Source: an uncultured Clostridium sp. (GTDB lineage Bacteria > Bacillota > Clostridia > TANB77 > CAG-508). From it: a DNA stretch of 64,000 nucleotides. Of this stretch, positions 22,685-33,147 are shown in pieces (the first letter of the stretch is position 1; each line of letters starts with the position of its first letter). Location: contig USIO01000005.1 of the NCBI GenBank assembly GCA_900554815.1, positions 3,856 to 67,855 of the forward strand, read 5' to 3'. The notes below the pieces were generated by a model. The model searched no databases and had not been told where the DNA came from. It was given only the letters and a program-made list of their open reading frames with translations. Position numbers and translations under genes: made by a program.

Positions 22685-23874
22685 TTATGTAGAGAACTTC
22701 TTTTTTTTATTGCGCTGTGCCAATATAAAGTCACATTTCTTATAAACAAATCCAACCAATATTATAATTCCTAAAATAGCCCAAAAAAACCATTTAAAGT
22801 TTATAGAAGTAGAAGAAGATAAAATAGTAGAAGTTTCTATAACATCAAAATTTAAAATAGATATATATTTTAAAGCAATATATGTATAAAATCCTGCAAA
22901 AATTCCTTGTAATAATTTACCTAATATATAAGGCTTAATGGATATATCTGATTTAGAAATTATACTAAAAACCTGCAGCAAAACAGATATACCACCAAAA
23001 CCGTAATACAAAACTACATAAAATAATATTAATAGAAATTGAATTAGAAGGAATAATAGAAATTTCTTTTATTCCATTAGTTAGCTCTAAAATTCCAGAT
23101 AAAACAGGAGAACAAAATTGATTAGGAACAGAAAACAGATTAAAAATTGGAGAAATAAAATTAGAACAACATTTCAAAATATTACTTTGCTTTAGAATAG
23201 AAATTATAACAGAAAATAAAACAACAAAGCCACCAATTAAAACAATAGTATAAATAGAGTTCATAATACCACCGTGCAAGAACCTCTCCTAAATTAGAAA
23301 CCTGATTAGACGAATGAAAAGATTTAGATTTACTAAAAACAGAAGTATCCTCTTTTTTCCAAAATCTAAAAAGAAATCCAACAGTAACACAAGCTAGAAT
23401 ATGAGTAAATAATAATAAAAATCCTATAGTAGCATTTGAAAACAAACTAATTCCAATTGTACCTACAATGAATAATGGACCAGAATTATTAGTAAAGGCA
23501 AGTAATCTTTCTGCCTCTGCTTTTGTACAAATTCCCTGATTTCTAAAATCGGTTACAATTTTTGCACCTGTGGGATAACCAGAAATAATACCCATAATAA
23601 AGGCAAATGCACCTTCACCAGGAACACGAAACAAAGGACGCATAAACTTACCTAAAATGTTTCCTAAAATAGGAATAATATTCGTATGACTTAATAACTC
23701 TGTTGCAATAAAAAAAGGAAATAAACTGGGCAGTACAGAATTTGCCCATAATTCAATACCAGACTTTGCAGCTTGTAAATTAGAGTTTGAAAAAATTAAG
23801 AGGCTAATAGTAAATAATGTAAACAACATTGGAAGCAATAATTTTTTTAGCGAAACAACAAAAACCCTTTTCAC
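22685..23874 (-). CDS. ylbJ: Sporulation integral membrane protein YlbJ (395 aa); needs two +1 shifts at CGG
   Basis: ORFs 23182..23874(-), 22965..23279(-) and 22685..23011(-) join at CGG complement(23272..23274) (EVLA|G|GIMNS, CGG-T) and complement(23001..23003) (FVL|G|FGGISV, CGG-T). Polytopic nucleoside-recognition-type membrane protein. GTG start. Confidence 0.8.
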
Positions 23875-23956
23875 ATAATCACCAATAAATTATATGACTA
23901 GCTATTTTATAATATGAAAAACTATATAAAAAAGTAAAAGGTGAGCGCATATGAGC

Positions 23957-24133
23957 TCACCAACGAACGGGTTTCCTTATTTTGGGAAATTTTTTCTTGG
24001 GCTCTACCCAAAAAAGCTTTTCCTTACAATCATTACAGTCTTCTCGCTCAACTACTTTATTGTTCAAACAACAGTATAAAGTTTTCGAGTGCCCAAATAC
24101 TTGCTCACTAAGATATGGACATTTCCGAGACAT
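23957..24133 (-). CDS. Small Cys-rich protein (58 aa) whose third codon is an in-frame CGG
   Basis: SD aaagggga lies 8 nt before ATG at complement(24131..24133). The stop overlaps a terminator hairpin ggtgagc/gctcacc + T-run. The unshifted reading is MSRKCPYLSEQVFGHSKTLYCCLNNKVVEREDCNDCKEKLFWVEPKKKFPKIRKPVRW. Skipping at CGG complement(24125..24127) gives only 22 aa. Confidence 0.5.
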   Translation of the reverse strand: MSRKCPYLSEQVFGHSKTLYCCLNNKVVEREDCNDCKEKLFWVEPKKKFPKIRKPVRW

Positions 24134-24283
24134 GATTTTTTTCCCCTTTCCGATTTGGTAATTTACCAATAATTAAATTATAGCAGAAACTCACATAATG
24201 TCAATAATAACCTACTAGACAAATGCAGAAAAAAATGATATATTATCATAGATTTAAAATATAATAAAATAAAGAGGGATAAT

Positions 24284-25525
24284 ATGAATGTAAAATTAGA
24301 AAATAGTAAAAAAATATTAAATAAATATCATCAAGAACATTTATTAAATTTTTATGAAGAACTTTCAAAACAAGAGCAGGAAGAACTATTAAACCAAATT
24401 TTAGACACCGATTTTAAAACTATACAAGAGTTATACGAAAATACTAAAAAGGAAGGAATAGAATCTAAAGATAAAATAGAACCAATAGAGTATATAGATA
24501 AAGAAAAATTATCAAAAGAAGAAATAAAAAAATATGAAGAAATAGGAGAAAAAATTATTAAAAGAGGACAATATGCTGTTGCTACAATGGCAGGAGGACA
24601 AGGAACAAGACTAGGACATAAAGGACCAAAAGGAACATACTATCTTTTAAATAATAAGTCTCTTTTTGAAATTTTTTATGACGAATTAAATAAAGCAAAC
24701 CAAAAATATGGAATAACCATTCCATGGTATATTATGACAAGCAAAGAAAACAATAAAGATACTATTAACTTTTTTGAAAAAAATAATTATTTTGGTTATA
24801 ATAAAGACCACATAAAATTCTTTTCACAAAGTGAACTTCCTATGATTAGCAAAGAAGGTAAAATTTTATTATCTAATAAGGGAACCATAAAAGAAGCAGC
24901 AGATGGAAATGGTGGAATTTTTAGTTCTATGAACAAAAACGGAATAACTGATGATATTACTTCAAGAAAAATAAAATGGTTATTCATTGGCTCAATAGAT
25001 AATGCATTATTAAAAATGGTAGATCCGCTTTTAATTGGAATAGCACAAAGTACAGGGGTTCTAGCAGCAGCAAAATCATTAGTAAAATGTAGCCCAACCG
25101 AAAAAGTAGGTGTATTTTGTAAAAGAAATAATAAACCAAGTGTTATAGAATACACAGAGTTGCCAGAGGAAATGGCTAATTTAAGAGATAAAAAAGGCGA
25201 ACTATTTTATGGAGAGTCACATATTATGTGCAATATGTTTCATGTAGATGCATTAAAAAGCATTGGGGAAAAAAATATGCCATATCATAAAGCTCTAAAA
25301 AAAGCTAATTATATTAATGAAAAAGGAGAAGAAGTAAAACCAACAGAACCAAATGCATTAAAATTTGAAAAATTCATATTTGATGCTTTTGAAACCATTC
25401 CAGAATTGGCAATCTTACGTGTAAAAAGAGAAGAAGAATTTGCACCAGTTAAAAATGCAACAGGTGTAGATAGCCCAGAAACTGCTAAAAATTTATACTT
25501 AAATTATATAAAAAACAAAATTTAA
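24284..25525 (+). CDS. UDP-sugar pyrophosphorylase (UDPGP/UAP family, UDP-GlcNAc pyrophosphorylase-like)
   Basis: Motifs MAGGQGTRLGHKGPKGTY, PWYIMTS, GNGGIF and FE.FIFD. Confidence 0.8.
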   Translation: MNVKLENSKKILNKYHQEHLLNFYEELSKQEQEELLNQILDTDFKTIQELYENTKKEGIESKDKIEPIEYIDKEKLSKEEIKKYEEIGEKIIKRGQYAVATMAGGQGTRLGHKGPKGTYYLLNNKSLFEIFYDELNKANQKYGITIPWYIMTSKENNKDTINFFEKNNYFGYNKDHIKFFSQSELPMISKEGKILLSNKGTIKEAADGNGGIFSSMNKNGITDDITSRKIKWLFIGSIDNALLKMVDPLLIGIAQSTGVLAAAKSLVKCSPTEKVGVFCKRNNKPSVIEYTELPEEMANLRDKKGELFYGESHIMCNMFHVDALKSIGEKNMPYHKALKKANYINEKGEEVKPTEPNALKFEKFIFDAFETIPELAILRVKREEEFAPVKNATGVDSPETAKNLYLNYIKNKI

Positions 25526-25545
25526 AAATAAAAAAGGAGTACTAG

Positions 25546-28500
25546 ATGAATTGTATTACTAAAATATTGCCAAACTTTAAAAAATTTAATTCTTATATAG
25601 AAGATGTAAAAAACAACACAGATTCAATAATGTTATCAGGATTGACAGATGTAGCAAAAACACATTTTGCTTATTCAACACAATTCTACACAGAAAGACC
25701 AATAGTTATTATCACATATAATGAAATTCAAGCAAAAAAATTAATAAAAGATTTAATGTTTTTTGAAGATGAAATTATATATTTCCCAAAACGAGAAATT
25801 TTTGCATATGACTATATTGCAGAAAATAAAGACAATTACTATGAAAGAATAAAAGTATTAAATAAGATTCAAAATAAAGAAGCAAAAATTATTGTTACAA
25901 CAATTGAAGCAATACAACAACATATGGTAAGTAAAGAAGTATTGTATAAAAATAGAATGAAATTAAAAGTAGGACAAACAATTCGGTACAAACGAACTAA
26001 AAGAAAAACTTGTACAATTAGGATATGAAAGATATGACACAGTAGAATCAAAAGGGCAATTTAGTTCAAGAGGTGGAATTATAGATATTGCTCGGAGACG
26101 AAAACATCGGAATTAGAATAGAGTTTTGGGGAGATGAAATAGATTCCATTAGGTATTTTGACATTAATGACCAAAGATCTAAACAAATGGTTCAAGAAGT
26201 TTATATAAACCCAGCCGTTGAATTTGTATTAGAAAATAGTTTGATAGAAATAGGAAATAGAATTTTAAATACACATGAACAAACTAATTCTATAATAGAA
26301 GATGTTGAACAAATAAAAACTGGAAACTACCTTGAAAAAATAGATAAATATTTTAATTGTTTTTATACAAAGCAAAGTACATTTATAGATTATCTACCTA
26401 AAGATATAATAATATTTTTAGATGAAATTACAAAAATAAAAGCAAGAATTGAAAATATTTTAAAAGATAATAAAAACTTAACAAAATCGTTGATAGAAAA
26501 ACAAAGAACAGTACCAGATAGCATCCAGATTTTGAATGATTATGTACAATTTCTACAATCAATAGGAACAAAACAAATAATTTATTTGGAAAAACAAGAT
26601 ATTGGTTTTGTGGATAAAAAAAGTATGCATGCAAAAAGAAACGGATATAGCTTTAGCTATAGGGAGGTCAACTTTTTTCGTAGTTCAATGGATTTATGTT
26701 TTCAGGAAATACAAAAAGCAATACTCGAAAAAAAATTAGTTTTTATATTAGGTGGAACTACAGAAAATAGCAAAAAAATATATGAATGGCTTATAGAAAA
26801 AGATATAAAATGTATATATGATAAATCACAAAAAGAAGAAATTACTCCAGGGGTGGTAATAATTACCTCTGGAGCATTATCTGCTGGTTTTGAAAGCTTT
26901 GACTTTAATATTATTGCAATATCTTTAGCAGAAGTATTTACTCCAAGTAAACCAAAAAGAGTAATTAATAATACTACATTTAAACAAGGAGAAATGATTA
27001 ATTTCTCAGACTTAAAACCACGGTGAGTATGTAGTACATAAAGCAAATGGAATAGGACAGTTTGTTGGAGTTTATACAATTAGAGCAGATAATATTGTAA
27101 AAGATTATATAAAAATTCTATATAAAGATGGAGATTATTTATATATTCCGGTTAACCAGCTAGATAATATTAGAAAATATATTGGAGCAGGTGAAAATGG
27201 AGCACCAAAATTAAACCGATTAGGTAGTAAAGAATGGGAAAATACAAAAACTAAGGTAAAAAATAACCTAAGAGAAGTTGCAAAAGAATTAATACAGCTC
27301 TATGCTATCAGGCAAAAAACAGCACGGATTTGCATTTTCAAAAGATTCTGACTGGCAAAAACAGTTTGAAGAATCTTTTCCTTACACAGAAACACAAGAC
27401 CAATTAAGATGCATAGAAGAAGTAAAAAAGGACATGGAATCTTTTAAACCAATGGATAGACTATTATGTGGAGACGTTGGATATGGAAAAACAGAAGTAG
27501 CTATAAGAGCAGCATTTAAAGCATGCCTAGATCAAAAACAAGTAGCTTATTTAGTACCAACTACAGTATTAGCAAACCAACAATATGAAGCATTTAAAGA
27601 AAGAATGAAAGAATTTCCAGTTAGAGTAGAACTATTAAACAGATTTAGAACAAAGAAAGAACAAATAGCAATTATTAAAAAATTAAAATTGGGAGAAATT
27701 GATATTATTATTGGTACACATAGAATTTTAAGCAAAGACATAGCTTTTAAAGACTTGGGCCTATTAATTATAGACGAGGAACATAGATTTGGAGTAAAGG
27801 ATAAAGAAAAAATAAAGGAAATGAAAAATGGAATAGATGTGCTTTCTATGACGGCAACACCAATTCCAAGAACTTTGCACATGTCTATTGTGGGTATTAG
27901 AGATATGTCTGTTATATATGAACCACCACAAAATAGAAGACCAGTACAAACTTATGTATTAGAATATGATGAAGAAGTGGTAAAAGAAGCAATTACAAGA
28001 GAACTGGAAAGAAGAGGGCAAGTATTTTATTTATTTAACAATGTAGAGCAAATTACAAGGAAAACGGAATATGTTTCTAATTTAGTTCCAGAAGCAAAAG
28101 TGGGGTTTGCACATGGAAAAATGTCTGGACGAGAGTTAGAAGATATTATGCTAGACTTTGTAAACAAGAAAATTGATGTATTGGTATGTACAACTATATT
28201 AGAGTCTGGTATTGATATTCCAAATGCTAACACAATTATTGTAGAAAATGCAGATAGATTAGGACTATCTCAACTATATCAAATTAGAGGAAGAGTAGGA
28301 AGATCTGAAAAACAAGCATATGCTTATATTACATATAAACCAGATAAACTGCTATCAGAAGTTGCAGAAAAGAGACTAAGAGCTATAAAAGAGTTTACAG
28401 AATTTGGTTCTGGATTTAAAATTGCTATGAGGGATTTAGAAATAAGAGGTGCAGGAAGCATTCTAGGAGAATTTCAACATGGACATATGGACGAAGTTGG

Positions 28501-29002
28501 CTATGATATGTATTGTAAATTATTAGAGGAAGTTATAAATGAAACAAAAGGTATAAAAATAAAAGAAGAACAAGACGTACAAATTGATTTAAATGTTTCT
28601 TGCTATATTCCAGATAGTTATATTCCTTCAAACAATCAGAAAATTGAAATTTATCAAGAAATTGCATTATGTGATACAGATAAAAAAATACAAGATGTTA
28701 CAGACGAAATAATTGATAGATTTGGAGATATTCCAGAAGAAACAAAAAATTTACTTGAGATTGCAAGCATAAAAATTTTATGTAGAATACTAGGCATTAT
28801 AAAAATTTCACAAAGGCTCTCTGGTATTGTATTTAATTTTTCTGCTGAAAGTTTTAAAATGGAATGGATAGATTTATTGTTAAAAAAATTTAGAAATAAA
28901 ATTAAATTTTCACCATCAGTTGAACCTTATATAACATATAAAATAGAAAATCCGGGTAAAATACTAGAAGAAGTAAAAGAATTGATTAAAATACTAAAAT
29001 AA
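25546..29002 (+). CDS. mfd: Transcription-repair coupling factor Mfd (1,150 aa); needs four +1 shifts at CGG
   Basis: ORFs 25546..26028, 26088..27026 and 27302..29002, plus start-less open segments 25985..26092 and 27022..27324, join at CGG 25984 (TI|G|TNEL), 26093 (IDIA|G|DENIGIRIEFWGDEIDSIRYFD), 27021 (LKP|G|EYVVHKANGIGQF) and 27325 (TA|G|FAFSKD). Helicase motifs GDVGYGKTEVA, DEEHRFGV and QLYQIRGRVGR. Confidence 0.92.
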
Positions 29003-29074
29003 AAAAATGAATTTGCCACATATACACATTTGCTTTGCAAACGGAATTTACCAAAGGAATTTAACCTAATACAA

Positions 29075-29497
29075 CAAAAACTTATTCTCTTGCATTTGCA
29101 AGAGAATAAGTTAGAATATCCTAAGATGTGCAGTTTACAAACCAAACACATCATCTTAGAGAGAACTAGCCGGAATGGCATCATGGTATTCCTCTAAGCA
29201 TGTGACTTTTTTGGGTGACTCTTGACACAGCTGCAGTATTACTACAGGAACACCCCATAGCCTATACGTAGCAACTTCGTCACTAAGCAAGCTGGGTACC
29301 ACCGGAAGAAGAGCTCCTTTCCGAATAAGACGTCGACACGTAGCCGACCTGGCTCGAAACTCCATAACAGCAAACGTTTCGGTCTCTTGAACAATGCAAA
29401 ACGAGTCGCTCTCGATGAGAAAATCGATTGCCTGCCTCCTAAGGTTGTTACTCTTCCATAGAATCCCTCCTTAATACTATACCTTATTAGGTATGTA
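29075..29497 (-). ncRNA. Unclassified ~420-nt GC-rich structured RNA with its own promoter and terminator
   Basis: Extended -10 (tgaTATAAT, complement 29504..29509) with TTGTTT 16 nt upstream. Terminator cttattctcttgcaaatgcaagagaataag (29081..29110) + UUUUU on the minus strand only. About 45-50% GC against an AT-rich background; stops in all frames. Several hairpins, and their G-U pairs only work on the minus strand (cugUag/cugcag; cuuagagG../..Ucucuaag). Confidence 0.6.
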
Positions 29498-29587
29498 ACT
29501 CATATTATATCACATTTATGTAAAAAAACAAATTTGATATAAAACAAGGGCACATCAACCCAAAATAAAATAATGAAAGGAAATGAA

Positions 29588-30379
29588 TATGAGAGTAATT
29601 ACAAGTAAAGATAATGAACAAATTAAACAAATTAGAAAATTAAAAGAAAAGAAGTATAGAGACGAACAAGGATTATATATTATAGAAGGAGTTAAGACAG
29701 TTCGGAGAAGCAATAGCAGAAAAAGCAGAAATAAAAACAATTGTTATATGTGATGACTGCGAAAAACAAGGGCTAATAGAAAAAGAACTATTATATGAAG
29801 TAGCAAAATATAGTTTAATTTATGTAAATGAAAAAGTTTTTAATTACATTACAGAAGTTATGAACCCACAAGGAATACTTGCAGTTGTTTCTAAAAAAGA
29901 AAAGAAAAAAATAAACTATAATGAAGAACTTATTGTTATTTTGGACAATATACAAGACCCAGGAAATTTGGGAACAATTATTAGAACTTTAGATAGTGCT
30001 GGAATTAAACAAATCATATTATCAAAAGGAACAGTAGATGTGTATTCTTCTAAAGTAGTACGTTCTACAATGGGAGCTATTTTTAGGATAAATATAATAG
30101 AAACAGAAAATTTAAAAAATACTATTTCTATAATTAAAGAACATGGATATAAAATAATGGCAACTTCATTACAAGGTGCAAAAAGTATTTATGATATAGA
30201 TTATAAAAAAGTATGTATAATAATTGGAAACGAAGCAAATGGAGTTTCGCAGGAGGTATTAAACTTAGCAGATCAAAAAATAAAAATACCTATGCTACGG
30301 AAAAACAGAAAGCTTAAATGCTGCAGTAGCAACTAGTATTATTGTTTACGAGCATATTAGGCAAAAACTGGCAAGATAA
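29588..30379 (+). CDS. TrmH/SpoU-family RNA 2'-O-methyltransferase (262 aa); needs two CGG shifts plus one non-CGG +1 shift
   Basis: SD gaaagga precedes ATG 29588 (MRVITSKDNEQIKQIRK). The frame changes by +1 inside aaaattt (29635-29641). CGG 29703 gives GVKTV|G|EAIAEK. CGG 30298 gives IPML|G|KTESLNAAVATSIIVYE (SpoU motif 3). Stop 30377-30379. An alternative start at ATG 29613 avoids the non-CGG shift but loses the family N-terminus. Confidence 0.75.
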
Positions 30380-30479
30380 AAAAATAAAGAACAAAACATT
30401 ATTAATCCTTTAAATTTACAACTAAAAAATACTAGACAAAAAATATTTATTAGTATATATTTAACAAGGGGGGAACCTA

Positions 30480-31142
30480 ATGGACAAAAATGTTTTTAAT
30501 GATTTATCTTATGGAATGTATGTTGTATCAACAAAATACAAAGAAAAAAATGTAGGATGTTTTGTAAATACTGTAACACAAATAACTTCACAAAACCCAA
30601 TTATTGCTGTTAGTATTAATAAAAATAATTATACAAATGAAGCACTATTTGAAGGTCAGCAATTTGCAATCTCAATTTTATCTCAAAAAACAAATGCTAA
30701 AGTAATTGGAGAATTTGGATTTTTTTCGTCAAAAAATAAGGACAAGTTTAAAGAAATAGCATATAAAGAAATAAACAATTTACCAGTAGTAGAAGAAAAC
30801 ATTTGTGGGTATATAATTGCCCAAGTATTAAATAAAATAGATGTAGAAACTCACAATATTGTATTAGCTCGAGTATTAGATGCTAAAAAGGAAAATGAAA
30901 ATATTCCTATGACATACTCATATTATCATCAGGTAATAAAAGGTAATGCACCTAAAACAGCACCAACATATATAGAAACAGAAGAAACAGCAAAAACTGG
31001 TGGAAAAAAATATAAATGTAAAATATGTGGATATATTTATGACGAAGAAAAAGAAAAAATAAAATTTGAAGACTTATCCAATACATGGAAATGTCCTTTA
31101 TGTAAAGTTGAAAAAGATATGTTTGAAGAAATAAAAGAATAA
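30480..31142 (+). CDS. Flavin-reductase-like domain fused to a C-terminal rubredoxin
   Basis: The N-terminal ~160 aa are Flavin_Reduct-like (YGMYVVST..NVGCFVNTV). The C-terminus is KYKCKICGYIYDEE...WKCPLCKVEK. Confidence 0.75.
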   Translation: MDKNVFNDLSYGMYVVSTKYKEKNVGCFVNTVTQITSQNPIIAVSINKNNYTNEALFEGQQFAISILSQKTNAKVIGEFGFFSSKNKDKFKEIAYKEINNLPVVEENICGYIIAQVLNKIDVETHNIVLARVLDAKKENENIPMTYSYYHQVIKGNAPKTAPTYIETEETAKTGGKKYKCKICGYIYDEEKEKIKFEDLSNTWKCPLCKVEKDMFEEIKE

Positions 31143-31199
31143 AAAAACAAAAAAAGTGTATAATTATTTAATAAAAATTAGTAAAGGAGGAACTTATCA

Positions 31200-32276
31200 A
31201 TGGAAAGAAAGATAAGAGTAGTACAATATGGTACAGGCAAAATGTCTGTATACACAATGCGTTATGTTTATGAAAAAGGAGCAGAAATTGTTGGAGCAAT
31301 TGATGTAAACCCAACAGTAATAGGAAAAGACATTGGAGTTGTAATGGAAACAGAACCAAAAGGGGTTACAATAACTAGTGTAGAAAATGCAGAAGAAATG
31401 TTAAAACAAGTAAAACCAGATATTGCCATTGTTACAACAATGAGTTTAATTTCGGATGTGCAAGATGCATTACTATTATGTGCAAAATTAGGGATTAATG
31501 CAATTACAACATGCGAAGAGGCATTTTACCCACAAAATTCAAATCCAAATGTAACAAAAAAAATTGATGAGCTTGCAAAACAAAATAATTGTACAATTAC
31601 AGGAAGTGGGTACCAAGACATTTACTGGGGACAGCTAATTAGCTCAATAGCAGGGTCTACACATACAATTAAAAGGATAAAAGGTAGCTCAAGCTATAAT
31701 GTAGAAGACTATGGAATTGCTCTTGCAAAAGCACATGGCGCAGGATTAGACTTAGACACTTTTGAAAAAGAAATTGCCTCAGTAGATGAAATTTCGGACG
31801 AACAAAGACAAGAAATTATTGAAAAAGGAGAATATTCACCATCATATATGTGGAATGTAAATGGATGGCTATGCTCAAAACTAGGGTTAACAGTAGTTTC
31901 ACAAACACAAAAATGCATACCACAAACTTATTCAAAAGATATTGTATCTTCTACACTAAACATGACAGTAAAAGCAGGAATGGCAACAGGAATGAGTGCA
32001 GTAGTTACCACTAAAACAAAAGAAGGAATTACTATTGAATCAGAATGTATTGGAAAAGTTTATTCTCCAGAAGACTATGACAAAAATGAATGGACAATCG
32101 AAGGAGAACCAAACACTACTTTAGTAATAGCAAGACCAAGTACAGTAGAACTTACATGTGCAAGTATTGTAAACAGAATTCCAGATGTAATTAACAGTAC
32201 AAGTGGATATATTACAACAGAAAAAATGGGAGAACTAAATTATAGAGTAAAACCATTAAACGAATATGTAAAATAA
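31200..32276 (+). CDS. NAD(P)-dependent amine dehydrogenase / DapB-like oxidoreductase (2,4-diaminopentanoate dehydrogenase-like)
   Basis: Rossmann N-terminus KIRVVQYGTGKMS; ~358 aa; recalled similarity to Ord-type enzymes of amino-acid fermenters. Confidence 0.5.
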   Translation: MERKIRVVQYGTGKMSVYTMRYVYEKGAEIVGAIDVNPTVIGKDIGVVMETEPKGVTITSVENAEEMLKQVKPDIAIVTTMSLISDVQDALLLCAKLGINAITTCEEAFYPQNSNPNVTKKIDELAKQNNCTITGSGYQDIYWGQLISSIAGSTHTIKRIKGSSSYNVEDYGIALAKAHGAGLDLDTFEKEIASVDEISDEQRQEIIEKGEYSPSYMWNVNGWLCSKLGLTVVSQTQKCIPQTYSKDIVSSTLNMTVKAGMATGMSAVVTTKTKEGITIESECIGKVYSPEDYDKNEWTIEGEPNTTLVIARPSTVELTCASIVNRIPDVINSTSGYITTEKMGELNYRVKPLNEYVK

Positions 32277-32287
32277 ACTTAAAAAAT

Positions 32288-32345
32288 AACACCTAGTTAA
32301 AATAGCTATCATAAAATTTTTATGATAGCTATTTTAACTAGGTGT
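32288..32345. terminator. Near-perfect 28-29-bp inverted repeat (long hairpin) downstream of the dehydrogenase gene
   Basis: aacacctagttaaaatagctatcataaaa / ttttatgatagctattttaactaggtgtt. No clear T-run follows. Confidence 0.5.
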
Positions 32346-32447
32346 TGCAATAATAAAACAATATAATATTCTTTTTATTTTCACAATATAGACATAATAT
32401 AAAATTATAATATATAATACATTTAATAAAAGTTAGGAGAATTGAAT

Positions 32448-33125
32448 ATGAATGAAGAAAGCATATTAATAGTAGATGATGAAGCTAGAATGAGAAAACT
32501 AATTAAAGACTTTTTAAAAGTAAAAGGCTACCATATTTTAGAAGCAGAAGATGGTGAAAAAGCATTAGAAATTTTTGAGACAGAGGGTAATAAAATTAAT
32601 TTAATTTTATTAGATGTTATGATGCCTAAACTAGATGGATGGTCTGTTTTAAGACAAATTAGGCAAACTTCAAAAGTTCCTATTGTTATGCTAACAGCAA
32701 GAGGAGAAGAACAAGATGAACTTTTTGGATTTGAACTAGGTGTTGACGAATATATTGCAAAACCATTTAGCCCTAAAATATTAGTAGCTAGAGTAGAGGC
32801 TATTTTAAAAAGAGTAAATGGGGACAAGACAGTAAAAAAAGACTACAATGGAATTGTAATAGATGAACAAGGAAGAACAGTAACTGTTGACGGAAAAACT
32901 ATAGAATTAAGCTTAAGAGAGTATGAACTTTTAAAATATTTGGTAGATAATGAAAACATAGCATTATCAAGAGATAAAATATTGAATAATGTTTGGAATT
33001 ATGACTATTATGGAGACTCAAGGACAATAGACAGCCATATAAAAAAAATAAGGCATAAATTAGGTAAAAAGGGAAAATATATTAAAACAATTAGAGGAAT
33101 AGGATATAAATTTGAACAAAAATAA
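32448..33125 (+). CDS. OmpR/PhoB-family response regulator
   Basis: ATG 32448 lies 8 nt after aggaga. Motifs ILIVDDEA, LILLDVMMPKLDG and a winged-helix C-terminus. Confidence 0.88.
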   Translation: MNEESILIVDDEARMRKLIKDFLKVKGYHILEAEDGEKALEIFETEGNKINLILLDVMMPKLDGWSVLRQIRQTSKVPIVMLTARGEEQDELFGFELGVDEYIAKPFSPKILVARVEAILKRVNGDKTVKKDYNGIVIDEQGRTVTVDGKTIELSLREYELLKYLVDNENIALSRDKILNNVWNYDYYGDSRTIDSHIKKIRHKLGKKGKYIKTIRGIGYKFEQK

Positions 33126-33147
33126 TACAAAAAATTGGGAGTAGAAA

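Noticed and set aside
29156-29365. ORF 29156..29365(-) (69 aa), and likewise ORF 54973..55158(-)
   Set aside because: Both lie inside GC-rich structured RNA candidates. They have no SD and an implausible composition.
29075-29497. Calling the 420-nt RNA RNase P RNA, tmRNA, SRP RNA or a T-box leader
   Set aside because: No GAGGAAAGUCC and no ACAGAA..GGCUUA (RNase P). No tRNA-like acceptor/T-arm or tag reading frame (tmRNA). No GGAA-tetraloop helix-8 motif with correct pairing (SRP). GGUGGUACC is present, but no gene lies downstream on that strand for a T-box to control.
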